A stretch of 64,000 nucleotides of DNA, taken from the NCBI GenBank assembly GCA_016748015.1, contig JAAOMT010000088.1:279663-343662 (forward strand), given 5' to 3'. The DNA is from Geosiphon pyriformis uo1 (taxonomy: Eukaryota; Fungi; Glomeromycota). Positions 48,401-62,434 of this stretch are shown piece after piece (within the stretch, counting starts at the first letter, position 1; each line of letters begins with the position of its first letter). A model generated the notes under the pieces. It was not told the origin of the DNA. It made no database searches and saw only the letters and a list, made by a program, of their open reading frames with translations. A program made the translations under genes and the position numbers.

Positions 48401-50281
48401 TACTATATATCTTTTTTTGCTCTTTTATTTATTAAAATAGTCTATATACTTATAATATATTATACTCTATAGTCATAATCATAATAATAAATGTTACAAT
48501 TAAAAACTATTGCTGTTGTTAAAAAGTTATTAAATTCATAATTTTTACATGGTAATACTATTTATTTTAATAGTCAGAATCTTTAAACTGCTCAAATCTA
48601 GATTCAAGTCTATATTTATTGTTACAGAAAAAAAAAACCAGCAATAAAGAATTATTCAAAACCATTATCCAAAACCATGTTTAAATCTGACTTTGAAAAT
48701 AATAGTACCAAAACAACTGGAAATAAATGTTAATAAACAGGCACCAAAGACACCAAATTTACACTATTTAGTTTTTATACAATACTAAAAACTTAATAAG
48801 TCAAAAGTTTTAAGAAGTGTTTTAAAAAAGCCAACTAATTACTTATTACAGATGTATTATAAGAATTAAAGACCATATTGCTAAAGAGTAAAGCACTAGA
48901 AAAAAGTAGTCCAAAAACAAAAATTAAATAAATATTAAGAGAAATAACTGTTGTAAATACTATTTGTGTTCAAAAATTGTTACCAAAAGCAGTAAATTGA
49001 GAAATAAGCATTTTTTTTTGCATAAAAACAAATAAACTGAAAACAATTCTCATCTAAAAAAAACTTTTTATAAATTTTTTTGGAACCAAAGCAGAGGAAT
49101 CTAAAAAATTATACTTAAAAAAAAATGTCTATAATGCCTATATTTTTTATAATAAACCAAATTAAACCTAATCCAAAAGAGCTTAACACCACCCAAAATA
49201 AGTTTCATGTAAAAAACAGATTTAGATTATCTTTAGAGTTGAACCAATTATAGTACAATAAACTTTATTACCAAATTTGAATGATTAATTTATAATACAA
49301 GTTTTTTTATTAGTTTTTTTTAATAAAACACCAAAATCATGAATAGTTGTTTCCATAAGCAGAGTAAACAAAAATGCTCTAAACTGATTTTTCAACATCT
49401 AAACATTACAATCTTTTATAGTTTTTGCCATATGCACCAAATTTTTTTTATTTAAAAATAATCATTTAGCTGTTAATAAATCTGCTTGAACTGATTTAAC
49501 AAACTTTATTATAGTCTTTTGTTATAGTCCAATTAATTACAATTGGATTGACTTAATCTGACCAAATTCGGATAAAGCTATAACAATTATTTCTTTTGAT
49601 GTATTTATGGAAATTTTTTTAATAATCACAATCTGATCTAAATAAAATTTTTGTCTTTTAAGATCATTGTTTACAATAATTTCCTTATTTTCAGTCAATA
49701 ACATGGCTTTTTTTATGCTTTCTTTTAATGTAAATATAGATTTAATGATTTCTTCAAATTTTAAAAAAATAGTGGTCTTCTTAAAATCATTGATTAATAA
49801 AAATTTTTACAAATAAATTAAGTTTTTGCCATTAATAATTTGTCTTTTATCACTAAGAAGTTAATATTTAAAGCAAATAATTTTTTTGCAGCCACTTTAA
49901 TAGAAGTTTTTACTATTTTGAAATTAATTTATTTTTTGTTTAAAAAAAATTTAAAAGAAAATAAAAGAAATTTATCTTCTTTTTCCATATTAAATTTGAA
50001 AAAACTGAGAAAAGAGCCATAATTTATACTAATAATTACTTTTTTGACTTTAAGAATAGTAATAGCTAAACTTAACAAAGACTTATTATTAACTCTAATC
50101 ATAAAATTACTATCTTTATTATTGTTAGACTTACTGTTTATATTTGAAAACACACTATTTAAACCAAATTTAATTAAAGATATATCTTTTTTATTACTAA
50201 AGTGTTTAATATTATCAAGAACTAATTTTTTTTTTGAGAGAAAAAACCATTAGCAAAATCATAAAAAGTCTTTTTAGACAT

Positions 50282-51151
50282 TATTACTCATAGAATATAG
50301 GAAAAATATTAGTATATAAAATTAATCAATTAAAGATAGATGTAGTAAATGTGGAATTCCAAAATTTTTTCCAAAAGAATTGCAGAATTCCAAGAATTTC
50401 AAAATTCTTGTATAAAGAATTGCAGAATTCCAGAATTCCAAGATTCTTTTCAAAGGAATTGCAGGATTCAAGGAATTTCAGAATTTCTGGTGTAAAGAAT
50501 TAAGAAATTAAGGAATCTTAATTATGTATATATAGTAATAGTATTAAAAGTAAAAAAGACAGATCTCTCAGTTTAGATTTGATCTAAGCAACTTTTCTAA
50601 ATTACAAGTATCAATAAATAATTATTTGCTATTTTAATCCATTTTTTACTATCAACACTTCATGTTGATAGTAATTAATACTTGACTATATTAAAACAAT
50701 AGCTTTTGATTATAGCTATTGATAAGATATTAACTTAATTGCCTTGGATTAATTTCTTTATTTTTCTTTTCTTTTCTTTTATTTATTTATTTTTCTTTTG
50801 TTTGTTGTATACTAATTGATTAAAGAATTAAAGCACTAAGTTATTGATGTTACAGATAGTCTGATAAAAGATTCAGAAATAAGAATAGAATTATATATAT
50901 ATTAACAGATAGCTTACTAAAAAGGCATGATTGTCAGATTAAACCAGCCACCACACTAAAAACAGAAATTAGGAAAACAACTTGAAAAATTAACCAAAAC
51001 CAACCATAGTAAATTTCTGTCCATTATATAAAGAACTCAACCAAAATCTTCAGATCCATAACACCTTCAGAAATTAACATCATTATATTAATTGAGTATC
51101 AAGTTATGGGTTTGTTATTTGCTTTGAGACCCCAAATAATCATCTGTAACA
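50282..51151 (+). mobile_element. Solo LTR (870 bp) inserted at the start of LINE copy 3 ORF1; orientation tentative
   Basis: Ends TATTAC (from TGTTAC)...GTAACA. Perfect 4-bp TSD ACAT (50278-50281, 51152-51155). Homologous to the reverse complement of 55033-55821. TATA-like run near 50525 and AATAAA near 50613. Confidence 0.9.
50353..50520 (+). repeat. GAATTGCAGAATTCC-type short repeat array within the solo LTR
   Basis: Repeated GAATTCCA / AAAGAATTGCAGAATTCCA / GGAATTGCAGGATTCAA units. Confidence 0.8.
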
Positions 51152-52770
51152 ACATTTTTTTTTAGATATGCTATTACTTAAAGCAGCTTTTAAGTTTATA
51201 AAAAAGAGATTATTAAGTTGAAAAATATTAAAGAAAAGCAAAAGAAAAAAATAAATTATTTTTTGTCAAAATTATGCTCTTTGAAGAATTTTGAATATAA
51301 AAAAGAAAAAAGTTTTTTATTTTTATACTTTTTTTTATATTGTTTATATTGTTTATTTTTAAGTAATTTGTTTTATATTTATTGATATTTACATATATTT
51401 TTTAATATGTATTTTTAATATTAATTGTTTGTTTTTGTAATTTATTAAATAAAAACATAATTAAAAGCATAATAATATTTGTTATTAATTCAAAAATTAT
51501 CAAGTAAAACCTAAAATAGTAGTAATTATATTATTTTATTAACAATTGTAATTTATTTTTTATTCTTAAATTTATATAAATTTAAATTATTTCTTTAATT
51601 AAATTTTTTTTAATTTTATTATTATTTTTAATATATATTTTTTACTATTTATTAGTTTTTACTTAAATCTGTAATAATATTAAAAAAAATGTTTTTTGAT
51701 TTAAAGCTTATTTTTTTAAAAAAATATAATATTAGTTTTTTTTGATATTTTTATTAATTTAATAATATTAATACTAATTATAATTCTTAATTTATTTTGA
51801 TTGTAAACAATAGTTTTTTATTTTAAAAAATAATAATAATAATATATCTAATAAATTTAGATTAATTAAAATTTAATTATATTATTTAATATAAATAATT
51901 TTAGTTAATTATTACCAATCATACATATTATATTTTAATACATAATTTATTTAATTACAAAAATTAAATTAATTAATAAAAAATAAAACATTTTTTTGTG
52001 TTTTTTAAAAACATTATTAATTTTAATAATTTAAAAAACAATTATTAATTATTAAAGTTTTTAAATAAAATAACTTTTATTTTAAAATTTAATATTATTG
52101 TTAAAATTAAATTAAGATTAAATTTTAATTTTTATATATATTTTTACTAATATAAAATTAATTATTAAATTATATTTTTTGTATAAATTTATATTTTAAA
52201 ATGTTTTTTTCTTATTTTTTGCTTTAATTATAATTATAAAAATATAAACAAAATACATTAAAAATTCAGTTTTTGTTTTAACTAATTTTATTATGTTATA
52301 ATATTATGAAAATCACAAATTTTAATTTTAATAATTTAAGTAATTATTATAAATATATTTAAATTTTTACGAAAATTGCAACCAATTTAAAAAATTAAAT
52401 TATGTTTTTTAATATTGAGTTTTACTTTATTTTTCAATCTTATACTAGTTTTATAACTATATTTTTAAATAATTAAATTTTAATTTAAATAATAATTTCA
52501 AAATTTAGATTTATTAGTTTTGGGTTTTGAAATTATTAAAATTTAAAATCTAATAATAATTTTTAATTAAAGAAAAACTATTGTTTAAAATTTAATATAC
52601 TAAGATGTTAAAAGTTTTTTTAATTTATTTTATGTAAATTTTTTCAAAATTAATGTAAATTTCACTCAAACTGTTGAAATTTATTTAAAAATTCACTTAT
52701 TATATATTTCAAAATAATATATGATTTATATGCAATATTTAATTACTTTTTGTAAATCAATACTAATTTT

Positions 52771-55700
52771 TTTTTATTAATATTTAATGAGTAAAATTCA
52801 AATGTTATTTAGCACAATACATCAAACTAAGTGATTTAAACTAGGCACAAATTATGCATTTTTTACACATGACCAGCCATTCAGACCAATCAAAGCAACA
52901 CTACAAATCTATCATAATAGACATCACACTATTAATACCAAAAAAGAAACAGCAGGGTTTATGAAAACCAAAACAGACACCGAATACTTTAGCAATCCCA
53001 AGCAACTTAACTACTTTAGCTGTAAGCAAAGACAACAGACCTCAGGTTACAGAAAAAACAGAACCACCATGAGGAACTAGACCACTTTTTTTCATAAAAG
53101 CCTTATATTTGGCCCTAATCAACCATATATCAACATAGTGAGCAGCACCAAAACCCCAAACAAAGTTAATAATAATCCTCTTTGCAAATTTAGCATCATC
53201 CAAAACAGATATAATCTTCAGATACCAATCCTTGAACAAGAAGTCTTTGCTTAAAGTGGTATATAGCATATTATCAAAAGCACACAAAGAAAGCATCTAC
53301 AAGATTTGAAACAAAAAAAAACCCAAACCAGACACAGCACGCTACTTAGCCAGATGAGAAGCAAACAGATCTTTATGAACTCTAAAGTTAAATGTACACA
53401 CAAAAAAGTGATCAGAGCTTTCCACTTCTTTACAATAAAGACACAAAACACTTGGATAATTTCTATTATACAAGCATTTCTGCACAGCAACTGGTAGACA
53501 GTGATACAGAACTTTCAAAAAATATGAGCACAGACCAGCAGTAAATTTGCTAGTGAATTCAGCCATTATGTATGAGTTGAAATACCAGACCAAAGTAGTA
53601 TGAACCCAATCCACATCACTAATTATATCTTTGTTAATAACAGCAAAACCAAGTCCAATTTTCCAACAAGCATGATTTACAGACCTAAAAACATCCCAAG
53701 CAAAATACCAAACATTACCAGACACTGCCACCCTACCAGTCTTAATGAATATTTCCTTAATCAAAACAGGAAGCACCAAATTTGAACTTGCAGCAGAATC
53801 AGCCAACTTGTTAGTATGCACATTATTCAAAACACTTAAATGTTCTTTAACCTTATGTCAAAAAACACTAAGCCCTTTTTCTCTAATCAGATTTACAACA
53901 CCATGCTGCTCTATTCAGCAATGGTTGTGAAAGTCTGAAGAAGCCAAAACTGACTCAGCAGCACAAGCATTTAAGACAGCCTAACTGTCTGAATAAATTA
54001 CAACAGAACTGTAAGAAAAAACACACTCCAAAGTCAAAGTAATTGCTTGTAATTTAGCCAAAGTAAAAGAAACCAACTCACTAATCCTAATGCTAATATG
54101 TAAATCTACGTTTAAAAAATAAGCAGCTGTACCACACCCTATCTCTTACATACCAAAATTTTTTAAAGATCCATCTGTGTAAACCTCAATGACATTTAAA
54201 TTAGAAATGAAAAGACACTGTTTTAGCCAAAAAACACTATTTAAACTATTAACATCCAGTAATTGGAGTTTAGCAACAGGTAGACTATTATAAGGAGAGG
54301 AGTGAGCCAGGAAGTCACATGCCAAATTGAACCAATAAAGGACTGGGCCTCTTGAGTTGAGCTTCTTCCAACAACAGAAGCTTTTCCAATCAAAAATCAA
54401 ATTCTTTTTGGTATATAGCTGTTTGACAAAAGCAATTCCAAATCTTTTGAGTAAGCATAAAACTTCATAAAACAAATGATTTTCCAAAACCAAAGACATT
54501 AGTGTTTCATCAAAAAAACAGAATACCATACAAGAAAAGTTTCCAAGAGACATATCACAATTCAAAAAAATTTTAACAATACCAGCCAAAAAATTGTTAA
54601 CTGGACTAATATGTAATCTGACTGGACGACTTAAAGGGTGAACAAATAACCAACTTAAAACCTATAGGTTAAGAGACTTATGAATAAACAAGTGACCCAG
54701 AAGCCCACCAGCATTTAAGAAACTTAGCACAGAAGCCACTTTGTACTTGGCCTGTAACTATTCAAAAGACTTTAGATCATACAAAGATGGATAATAAAGA
54801 GTCTTATTAGAAAAATCCTTTGGTAGTTCAGCCTTAAGCCTCAAATTTTTTCTAATTAACATGTCTCACTTAACACACACACTTTTAGAAAGAAAACTAA
54901 ACTAAGATCTATAACCAACAATAGGTTGCAACACAGCCAACACCAAATAGAGAAACTGTTTGTCTGAAATAGTCTTCTTCAAAACCAAATTAACAAAGAA
55001 CCTAATATCTGAATGAGCTTTCGCCAAACTGGTATTACAGGTGATTATTTGGGGTCTCAAAGCAAATAACAAACCCATAACTTGGTGCTCAATTGATTAT
55101 AAATGATGGTTTTTGAAGATTTCCATGACCTAAAGGTTTTGGTTGAGTCTTTTGTATAATGGACAGAGATTCTAATGTGGTTTTCTTTTAATGGTGTCTC
55201 AAGTATCAACTCATAGATTAAGTAGTTGTTGTTTATTACTTTCCGGAATTGCAATTCTGTCAATTTTTTTCTCAGCATGGTGGCCAGCAATCTCCTGGTA
55301 AGCTATCTTTAAATCTAAGTGTCTATCCTTATTTCTGGATCTTTTACCAGTGCTATATCCTAATGTTAGTAACTTAATGCTTTGATTTTTTAATCAATTT
55401 AGTACACAACAAAAAATAACAAAACAAAACAAAAGAAAATAAAAGACAATAAAAAAATAAGCCAAGACAATGAATGTTAGTATCACATCAATAGTCATGA
55501 TCAAGAACTATTGTTTTAGTGTGATTAAGTATCAATTATTATCAACACTTCATATTGATAGTGGGAAGTGAATTAGAGATATTAAATAATTATTTATTAA
55601 TATTTGTAATGTGAAAGGTTGCTTAGATCAAATCTAAACTGAGAAGTCTGTTTTTTTTTCTTCTAATGCTACCACTATATATATATAATTGATGTTCTAC

Positions 55701-58700
55701 AAGATTACTCACATTCCTAAGTAATGTGCTATGATTTTTTGAGCAATGTGTTTATGTGCTAACTACTACTCTCCTATTGGTTTACTATTTTTTATATCTG
55801 TTTTTCTTTTTATGAGTAACACTGAATTTGAACAAACTCTTAAATAACAAATAAATCCCAAGATACTTATAAGACTCTTTTTTATGAGCAATTGAAATCA
55901 GCAGACCACTTATTAACAATGATACTTCTCCCACCCTTTTGTTGATAGAAATTGCCACAGTTTTTTCATTATTAATGGAGATGTCATTTATACTAAAAAA
56001 CTTACTAGCAATGTTCAGAATATACTGAGTGACAGCCTGACTACTTCTTATCTATATTGTGTTATTAACAAAAGCATTAGCTGCCAAAAATAAAGTCAAA
56101 CCACTTTGGTTTTCTAACCTGCCAGTTTTAGCAACAAATCTGAAGTCAATATGGTATCCACACAAACTCTTCTGTCTTTTAACTTTACATAAAAGGGGAT
56201 TGTAGAAGATCCTCCATAGCAAAAGAGAAAACATCTTACTTTGGTCAAGACTATTATGCACCCAGTACTCATTAGTCAAGCCAAAATCAGTTATAACATG
56301 ATTAACATGATTATTGTAAATACTCCCAAAGAATCTGATAAAACAATCACACATCTTAACTTGAACCAAACTATTCCATAAGTGGTGCCAATTCACAGAA
56401 TTATAAGTCTTCTATATATTCTGTAAAATAAGCCAAAGCTCATGATTTTTTTCTAAAGCATCTTTAATAACCAAATCAATGGCAAAAATAGAAGACTAGG
56501 TAGTAATGTCCTTCAGCACAGAAAAATTGTTACTGTAAAGAATATCGAACATACTGCATGCCAATGAAATCCTATTAGAAAGTATCTTAAAGAGAATGTT
56601 ATGAGCAGTCTCAATTAAAGCTATTGGTCTAGTATTAATTAGAATGCTCTTCTATTTATAAGGCTTAGGAATCATAAATACCCAAGTTTTCTTTCAGAGT
56701 TGGGGTACAGATTTACAAACCAAACAGAGATTCAAAAGATCCAACAGTATACCAAACACAAAACCATTGCAATGTTTTCAAAGTTTATTCATAATATTAG
56801 ACAAACCAGCTGCTTTACCATTTGGCAGATTTTTGACCACACGCACCAAATTTTCATAGCTAATAGTGTCTATTACTCCAAAAAAAGCATTATTGTCAAC
56901 ATAATCTAATAACAGGTATTGATATTGCCACAAATCAGGAATGTTATATGGCACCACTCTTTTTCTTGTCCAATCTTCTATAATCTTGTTAACATTATTC
57001 TTAACATTAACTGAATCTACAATTAAACTACCATCAGAAACCAGATGCTCCAACACCATTTTTCAAAAAGGATGTTCTAAAACACTACAGATCATGAGGC
57101 CTTTGTCAACTGCAAAACTTTTCATCTGTTTTTTAATAGCAGATCTGATGTCTAACTCCTCAGCATGTAAAAATTCAGCCAGTTTGGATGCATAATAAGA
57201 CTTTCTTACACCAAAGAAAGCAGAACATATATGATTAAAAGCTGCATCAGAGCTAACAAGAACCTGAATGATAGATGTCTTGTCAGTATCCAAGGAGTTC
57301 CAATGTTTCAAAAGAGAGACAAACCTGTTAGACATTACTTTATAAAAAGCCTTAGCCAATCTTGAAACCAAAACTTTCAGTTTGTGAAACCTGGATAATT
57401 CTTTGGTGAACACCCCATCATAGCTCTTAAACCATTTTTTTTTGAAAATACCATTAGCCAAAAGAGATACTACCTTGCAAACAGTGTCTCACATAGCATT
57501 CAGATCTAAATACTTCTTAGATATAACAAACTTATTAGAGAACATAGCAGCATTGGCCACCATAGTGTCATTAAACTTACTCTATGTCATCTCATTAGCA
57601 CTCTTAATGTCAAACTTCCAATGATCCTTATTTGCCTGTTTGCAAAAAAAGTTTAATTGCACATCCAAAAATCCACCCAAACCCATAAACATAAAGACAG
57701 CATGATGATCAGTGTCAAAGTGCTCACTAATACTCAGAATATTATAGCATAGAATTGAATTAATCAGATTTGAAAAAACAAAAACATAATCAATTGTTTT
57801 AGCAACACCTCTAGAATTTTTTCACATAAGTATTTTGGCCACTGAACTTTTAACTAAGAAATTAATTAGACCCAAACTGAAACACTTTTTAAAACTTGCA
57901 CACTTGTGAAAACTGTTTTCATTGAAATTGCCACCAAGAATGACAAAAAAAGACTCATTTGTAGCTTTGGCAATAAAAAAGTTAATATCACCAGCTTGGG
58001 AGAACTGAACTGCAAAAGAAGCACCAGCATAGAGCCCTAAAATTAAAACAGAAAGTCTATTTTTAAAAAGTAACTTGATAGAAAGGAGCTAACCAGATAC
58101 CTCAGAAACCTTATATACATGCCTTGTCAAAGAATTGTCCATGATTACAGCAACACCCAAACTCAAGTAGTCAGAGTCTAAATCTAAAGTAAACACTTAG
58201 ATACCACTAAATTTGTTAACAATCCATGAACAGATCTTTCTTTTTAGCTTTGTCTCTGTAAAAATTGAAACCAAATTGTTCATGTTTTTATGTCAATGCA
58301 CAATATCTTCTTGTTTAACAGGATTGTTTATTCCTCTGATATTGCATGTAGCAATTTTTCATACAAGACTGGTCATTAAAAAAAAAGTTGAGAGTGCACA
58401 CCACCAGCCAGAACCAGACTATTAAATTGAGCAGACAAGCTCAAAATGAAAGCAGAAAGACTTTCCAATATATTTTCCAATTTAACTACATAAAAGAACA
58501 AAGAAGAGTTTGAAACAGCAGCAGTCTTACCACTAGTGGTCTCATCTAAACTCACTCTTATCACTATATCACTCTCCAGATTCTGTGATAAAGAGATCAC
58601 CAGCAGCTAACATCCAAGGCTAGGCTGGAAAACTGTTGGCACAAGTGAATCTAATCTCTTAGTCAACTCACTAATTTGTTTCATAAGGCTAGTGAGACTG

Positions 58701-60336
58701 CTTTTAATGTTGACCAATCATAATTCCAATTCATTTACAATGAGAGGGAAGAATTTACTATCATTGATGAAACCAGAAAGAGGTTTACCACCATAAAATG
58801 CATTAGTTGAAAAGATTTCCACAACCAAAGTCCAAGTTTTGCCACTAAAAGACAGGAGATGAAAGATAAGTACAGATTTTTTTTCATAAATCTTAGCCAG
58901 CCTAAACTGATCATGAACCAAAAAAAGAGTCTTTCTGCTTTTGGGAGCCAACAAACTACCTGAAATTTTACAAAAGAAAGATGTATGGCTCAAAGCCTTA
59001 CAAACTGAACACAGAGTGAGTGACAAGTAAGACCAATAGAGACCAACTCCTTTTATAATTGGGGTTATGTCCAAAGTTTTATCCAGATCCAACTTAAAAC
59101 CAAAATATACAGTAGTGCAATGGGTGTGAGCATAGGTAAAAAGATTATGATTAATGATACAAGTTTTTTCACCAATTAAACCAATAAACTTTCAGATATC
59201 ATGAGCAGTTGTACTCATAAAAAGAGTGTACAACAAAGCTCTAAACTCATTTTTAAAGTCCCATGTTTGTTTATCAATGTCAGTCCTGGCCATCCGCACT
59301 GTATCTTTCCCAATGAGAATAGACTACTTAGCAGCCAAAAAATCAGCTTGATCTTAATTATCCAACTTAATGATTACTTTCTGCTACAGACCAATTAGCT
59401 GTATTTTGATTGACTTGATGGTTTTAAATTCAGCTACAGTGGTATGCACAGCTTTAACAGATGTTTCCACTGGAATTTTCTTCAGCACAATTGCCCAATT
59501 TGTATGATTGTTGATAGGGTGCTTGAGATTGGTGTTTACTACAATACCATGATTATTTGCCAATTTTGCTGTAGTCATCATTGCCTTTTCAGAAGTGAAA
59601 AAAGCCTAGATGATCTTACCAAACTTTGAAAGAATAAAGGCTCTTTCAAAACCATTTACACCAGAGAAAATTTTTCTGACATAAGCTAATTTTTTTTAAG
59701 AGAAATTGCCAGCCACCACCACAAGATCAATATTCAAAGCAAAAAATTTCCTAACCAATATCTGCACCATATGTTTGAGAGAAAGAGAGGGAGAAAGAAA
59801 AAATGATCTATTCAAAATATTATCATCATCATTATTTTCTATGCTGAAGTCAATAGTACTAAAAAACTTTCCAAGAGTGTGCTTAGTAACAACTTTTTTG
59901 GAACTTTTGGGTGTTATTTTAGTATTATTACCACCAGACTTTTCTCCACTTTTTTGCTAAAAGCTGGTTTCTTCTACCAAGTACTCTTCTTCTATATCAA
60001 TACTCTCTGACTCAGTAATATCTCTACTTATACCTTTAACTAAACTACTAAAGGCATCACTAGCAGAAATACCAACCACCTTAATAGGTTCTTTCAATAA
60101 ACCATCCTTGTGCTTTTTTCTAGAAGAAAAATCAACCATAGTAGAATCAGACAATAACTTCTTCTTGACTTTCTTTATAACAGAAATACCACTGCCAATA
60201 GTAGTCTTGTATTCGAACAGAAAAGGTTATAAAGTGTCTAACTGAATAGCAATAAAAAATAAAGGCAGTAAAAAACTTCTTTTAACAAAAGCACTTTTTC
60301 AGGAATTTGGGACATAAGAAAGAAAGAAGTTTTTTC
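52771..60336 (-). mobile_element. Full-length LINE, copy 2, more decayed, interrupted by a solo LTR
   Basis: Fragments match copy 1 (FKKKWFK..SRFHKL, LPNGKAAGLS, AFVNNTI, VYTDGSLKN, CLYCKEVESSDHFFVC). 3' UTR at ~52780-52900 and T-run tail. TSD CTAATTTT at 52763-52770 and 60337-60344. Confidence 0.94.
55033..55821 (-). mobile_element. Solo LTR (789 bp) inserted in ORF2 of LINE copy 2
   Basis: Ends TATTAC...GTAACA. 4-bp TSD CTGG/CTGA. Splits the codons for LSKPSLAK. Inverted homologue of 50282-51151. Confidence 0.9.
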
Positions 60337-60664
60337 CTAATTTTATTTAACATTATTAGCTAATTGTAATTAACCAATAATAATATTTAAAAATAATTAA
60401 ATAAATAATAAATAAATAAATTGAATAATAAATTTTAAAAATTTAGAATATTTTTGAAATCTAATATGGAATTGGTAAAATGATCAAAAAATTAATTTCA
60501 AACAATATAATTTTGCCTTAATTACAACTTGTTGAAAATTTAAATGAAATCTTTAATTTAGAATAACTTATAGTTTTCAACAGATAGATATATGCTTTTA
60601 TTTTCTGATCAAAATGTTAATTTGCATGTCCGCTTTGAGTTTTACGATCAATGAGAAGAATCTA

Positions 60665-62434
60665 TCATTCAATTCTCATTGAACGTAATTGACTTTCAAG
60701 TCCTCCAAGATCCCAAATTACCAATTTACCATCAACGCTGCTGGTAGAGAAGTGTGTGACTTCTTGAGATCCACGATAAGAGCGAATCAATCTAACGGTG
60801 AGTGTCAAAAAATATTTTAGGCGAGAAAAAAAACAGCAAATAATCATTATCTTCTAAATAAATATCATACGTGATAGTGTTCTGATGAATAGTATTTAGA
60901 TGGGTATCATGCAAACCACTGATTTCGGTGTTGATTCCAAGTACATCCATTTGACGGAATCTACTGAAGGCGGTAGCTTCCCCAACTACTTTCTTCTTAC
61001 CAGAATCAAGGACTTTAGACAGTTGCCTGTATTAAATTATGTTCGAGGTAAAGCCATTTAATCACTTATCTACATGATAATTATAAAAAACTAATGAAAT
61101 ACCATGTTTCTCCATCTTTGGTCTCATAAAGTACCGGTACACAGTCATATCCGGTGGCAATAATTTTATGTTCAGTCACCCATAGCAAACTCAAGTATGG
61201 TAAGGTTGCAACCCTGATATCTTTTTGGGTATTGTTAGCTGGGTAAACAATGCTCATTTGGGAATCATGGCCTTAAATATAAAGATTAGAATCATGTTTA
61301 ATCGCTCAAGTTGTATAAATAAGCTATCTATAAAAGATATAAGGCGAGTGATTAGAGCTTAAAACTAACCAGTAAAAGCCAATGCATCGCCGCTAGGAGA
61401 GAACGCGACACTATGAATCCAGCCACCATTGCCATTGGTAAACTCCCCACAAACAGTATTGAATGGTAATTTATCGCCCCATACTGAAGAAGGGGGTCTA
61501 AAAATTAGAATATGGGGGGAGAGTAAGCGAGTTAGTAATATCCCAAATTAAGGAGTAAGAGGGAAGATTTTCTGCTTTAAAGCCTACTTTTGATCAACTC
61601 CCTTAATGTAGGCAGAAAAAACACGTGCCTAAAGAAATAAAATTGGTGAAAACAGTCTATTAGCTTAATACCTCGAGAAAAGAGGACTCACCTTAAAATC
61701 AGCACTTCCAGCCGCTAAAAGTACATTATTCGGGTGCCAATCAATACTCAAAACAGTACTCCGAATTGGCTTCTTCAGGAGCTTACTAACCCACCAATCA
61801 TGACCCTCTTCAAAATAGCAAATAGCAATACATCTAGCACCAGAGGCTACTGCAAATTTATTCTCTTTTGGTGACCAACGAACAAAGGTAGCAGCACGAT
61901 CGATTCTAAGCAATACAAGCGTTGGTTTCCAGTTTCCGCTTGTAGGATCGAAGTTCCATACATAAGCATTACGATCTTGGGAGCACGAAACTAGAAATCA
62001 AGGAGATTGGACCATGTGATGAATGGAGAGAAAAATATGTCAAAATGTCAACAGCTAAAAACCTATGCGGTTGGATTCTGGAGCCCAATCAATGCTGGTA
62101 ACAAGTTTGTCATGCTATATAAAAATCACCAAATAAATAGTTATTCAGTTTGTTTAAAGTTTCCAATTTTTCTTTTTGAATCAAGAAACTAAGTTTAGTA
62201 CTTCAAGAAGCGTGTGCGATAAAATCCAATTATTCCCAGTTTTCCCGAATATTTGTACTTCGTTATTATTGGGGCAAATCGCGACCTCTAAACCGAAATG
62301 ACGAAAGGCTGAATAAACCTCTTGAAGATAGAGCAATAGTAAACCTCTATAAAAGTCTTACGGGTCCTATCCTTGTTGAAAGAATGAGTTGTTATCGGAC
62401 CAAGGTTGAGTTGATGAATTTCCGTGTGAGACAT
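60665..62434 (-). CDS. ARC40: Arp2/3 complex WD40 subunit ARPC1 (p41/Arc40), multi-exon
   Basis: [24 protein letters not shown]|[14 protein letters not shown]; [17 protein letters not shown]|[12 protein letters not shown]; [50 protein letters not shown]; [18 protein letters not shown] at 60667-60665. Confidence 0.96.

Larger units (their letters stand above)
48590..51318 (-). mobile_element. LINE copy 3: 5' UTR + ORF1 only, strongly decayed, interrupted by a solo LTR (left end approximate)
   Basis: The 5' terminus near 51318 resembles that at 60336. Minus-strand QFRAFLFTLLMETTIHDF (~49386-49333) and IVIIKKISINTSKEIIVIALSEFGQIKSIQL match ORF1 of copy 1. No ORF2 follows. Confidence 0.8.

Noticed and set aside
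50282-55821. Two LTRs as ends of one retroelement or one TIR element
   Set aside because: Opposite orientation, separate TSDs and different host LINE copies.
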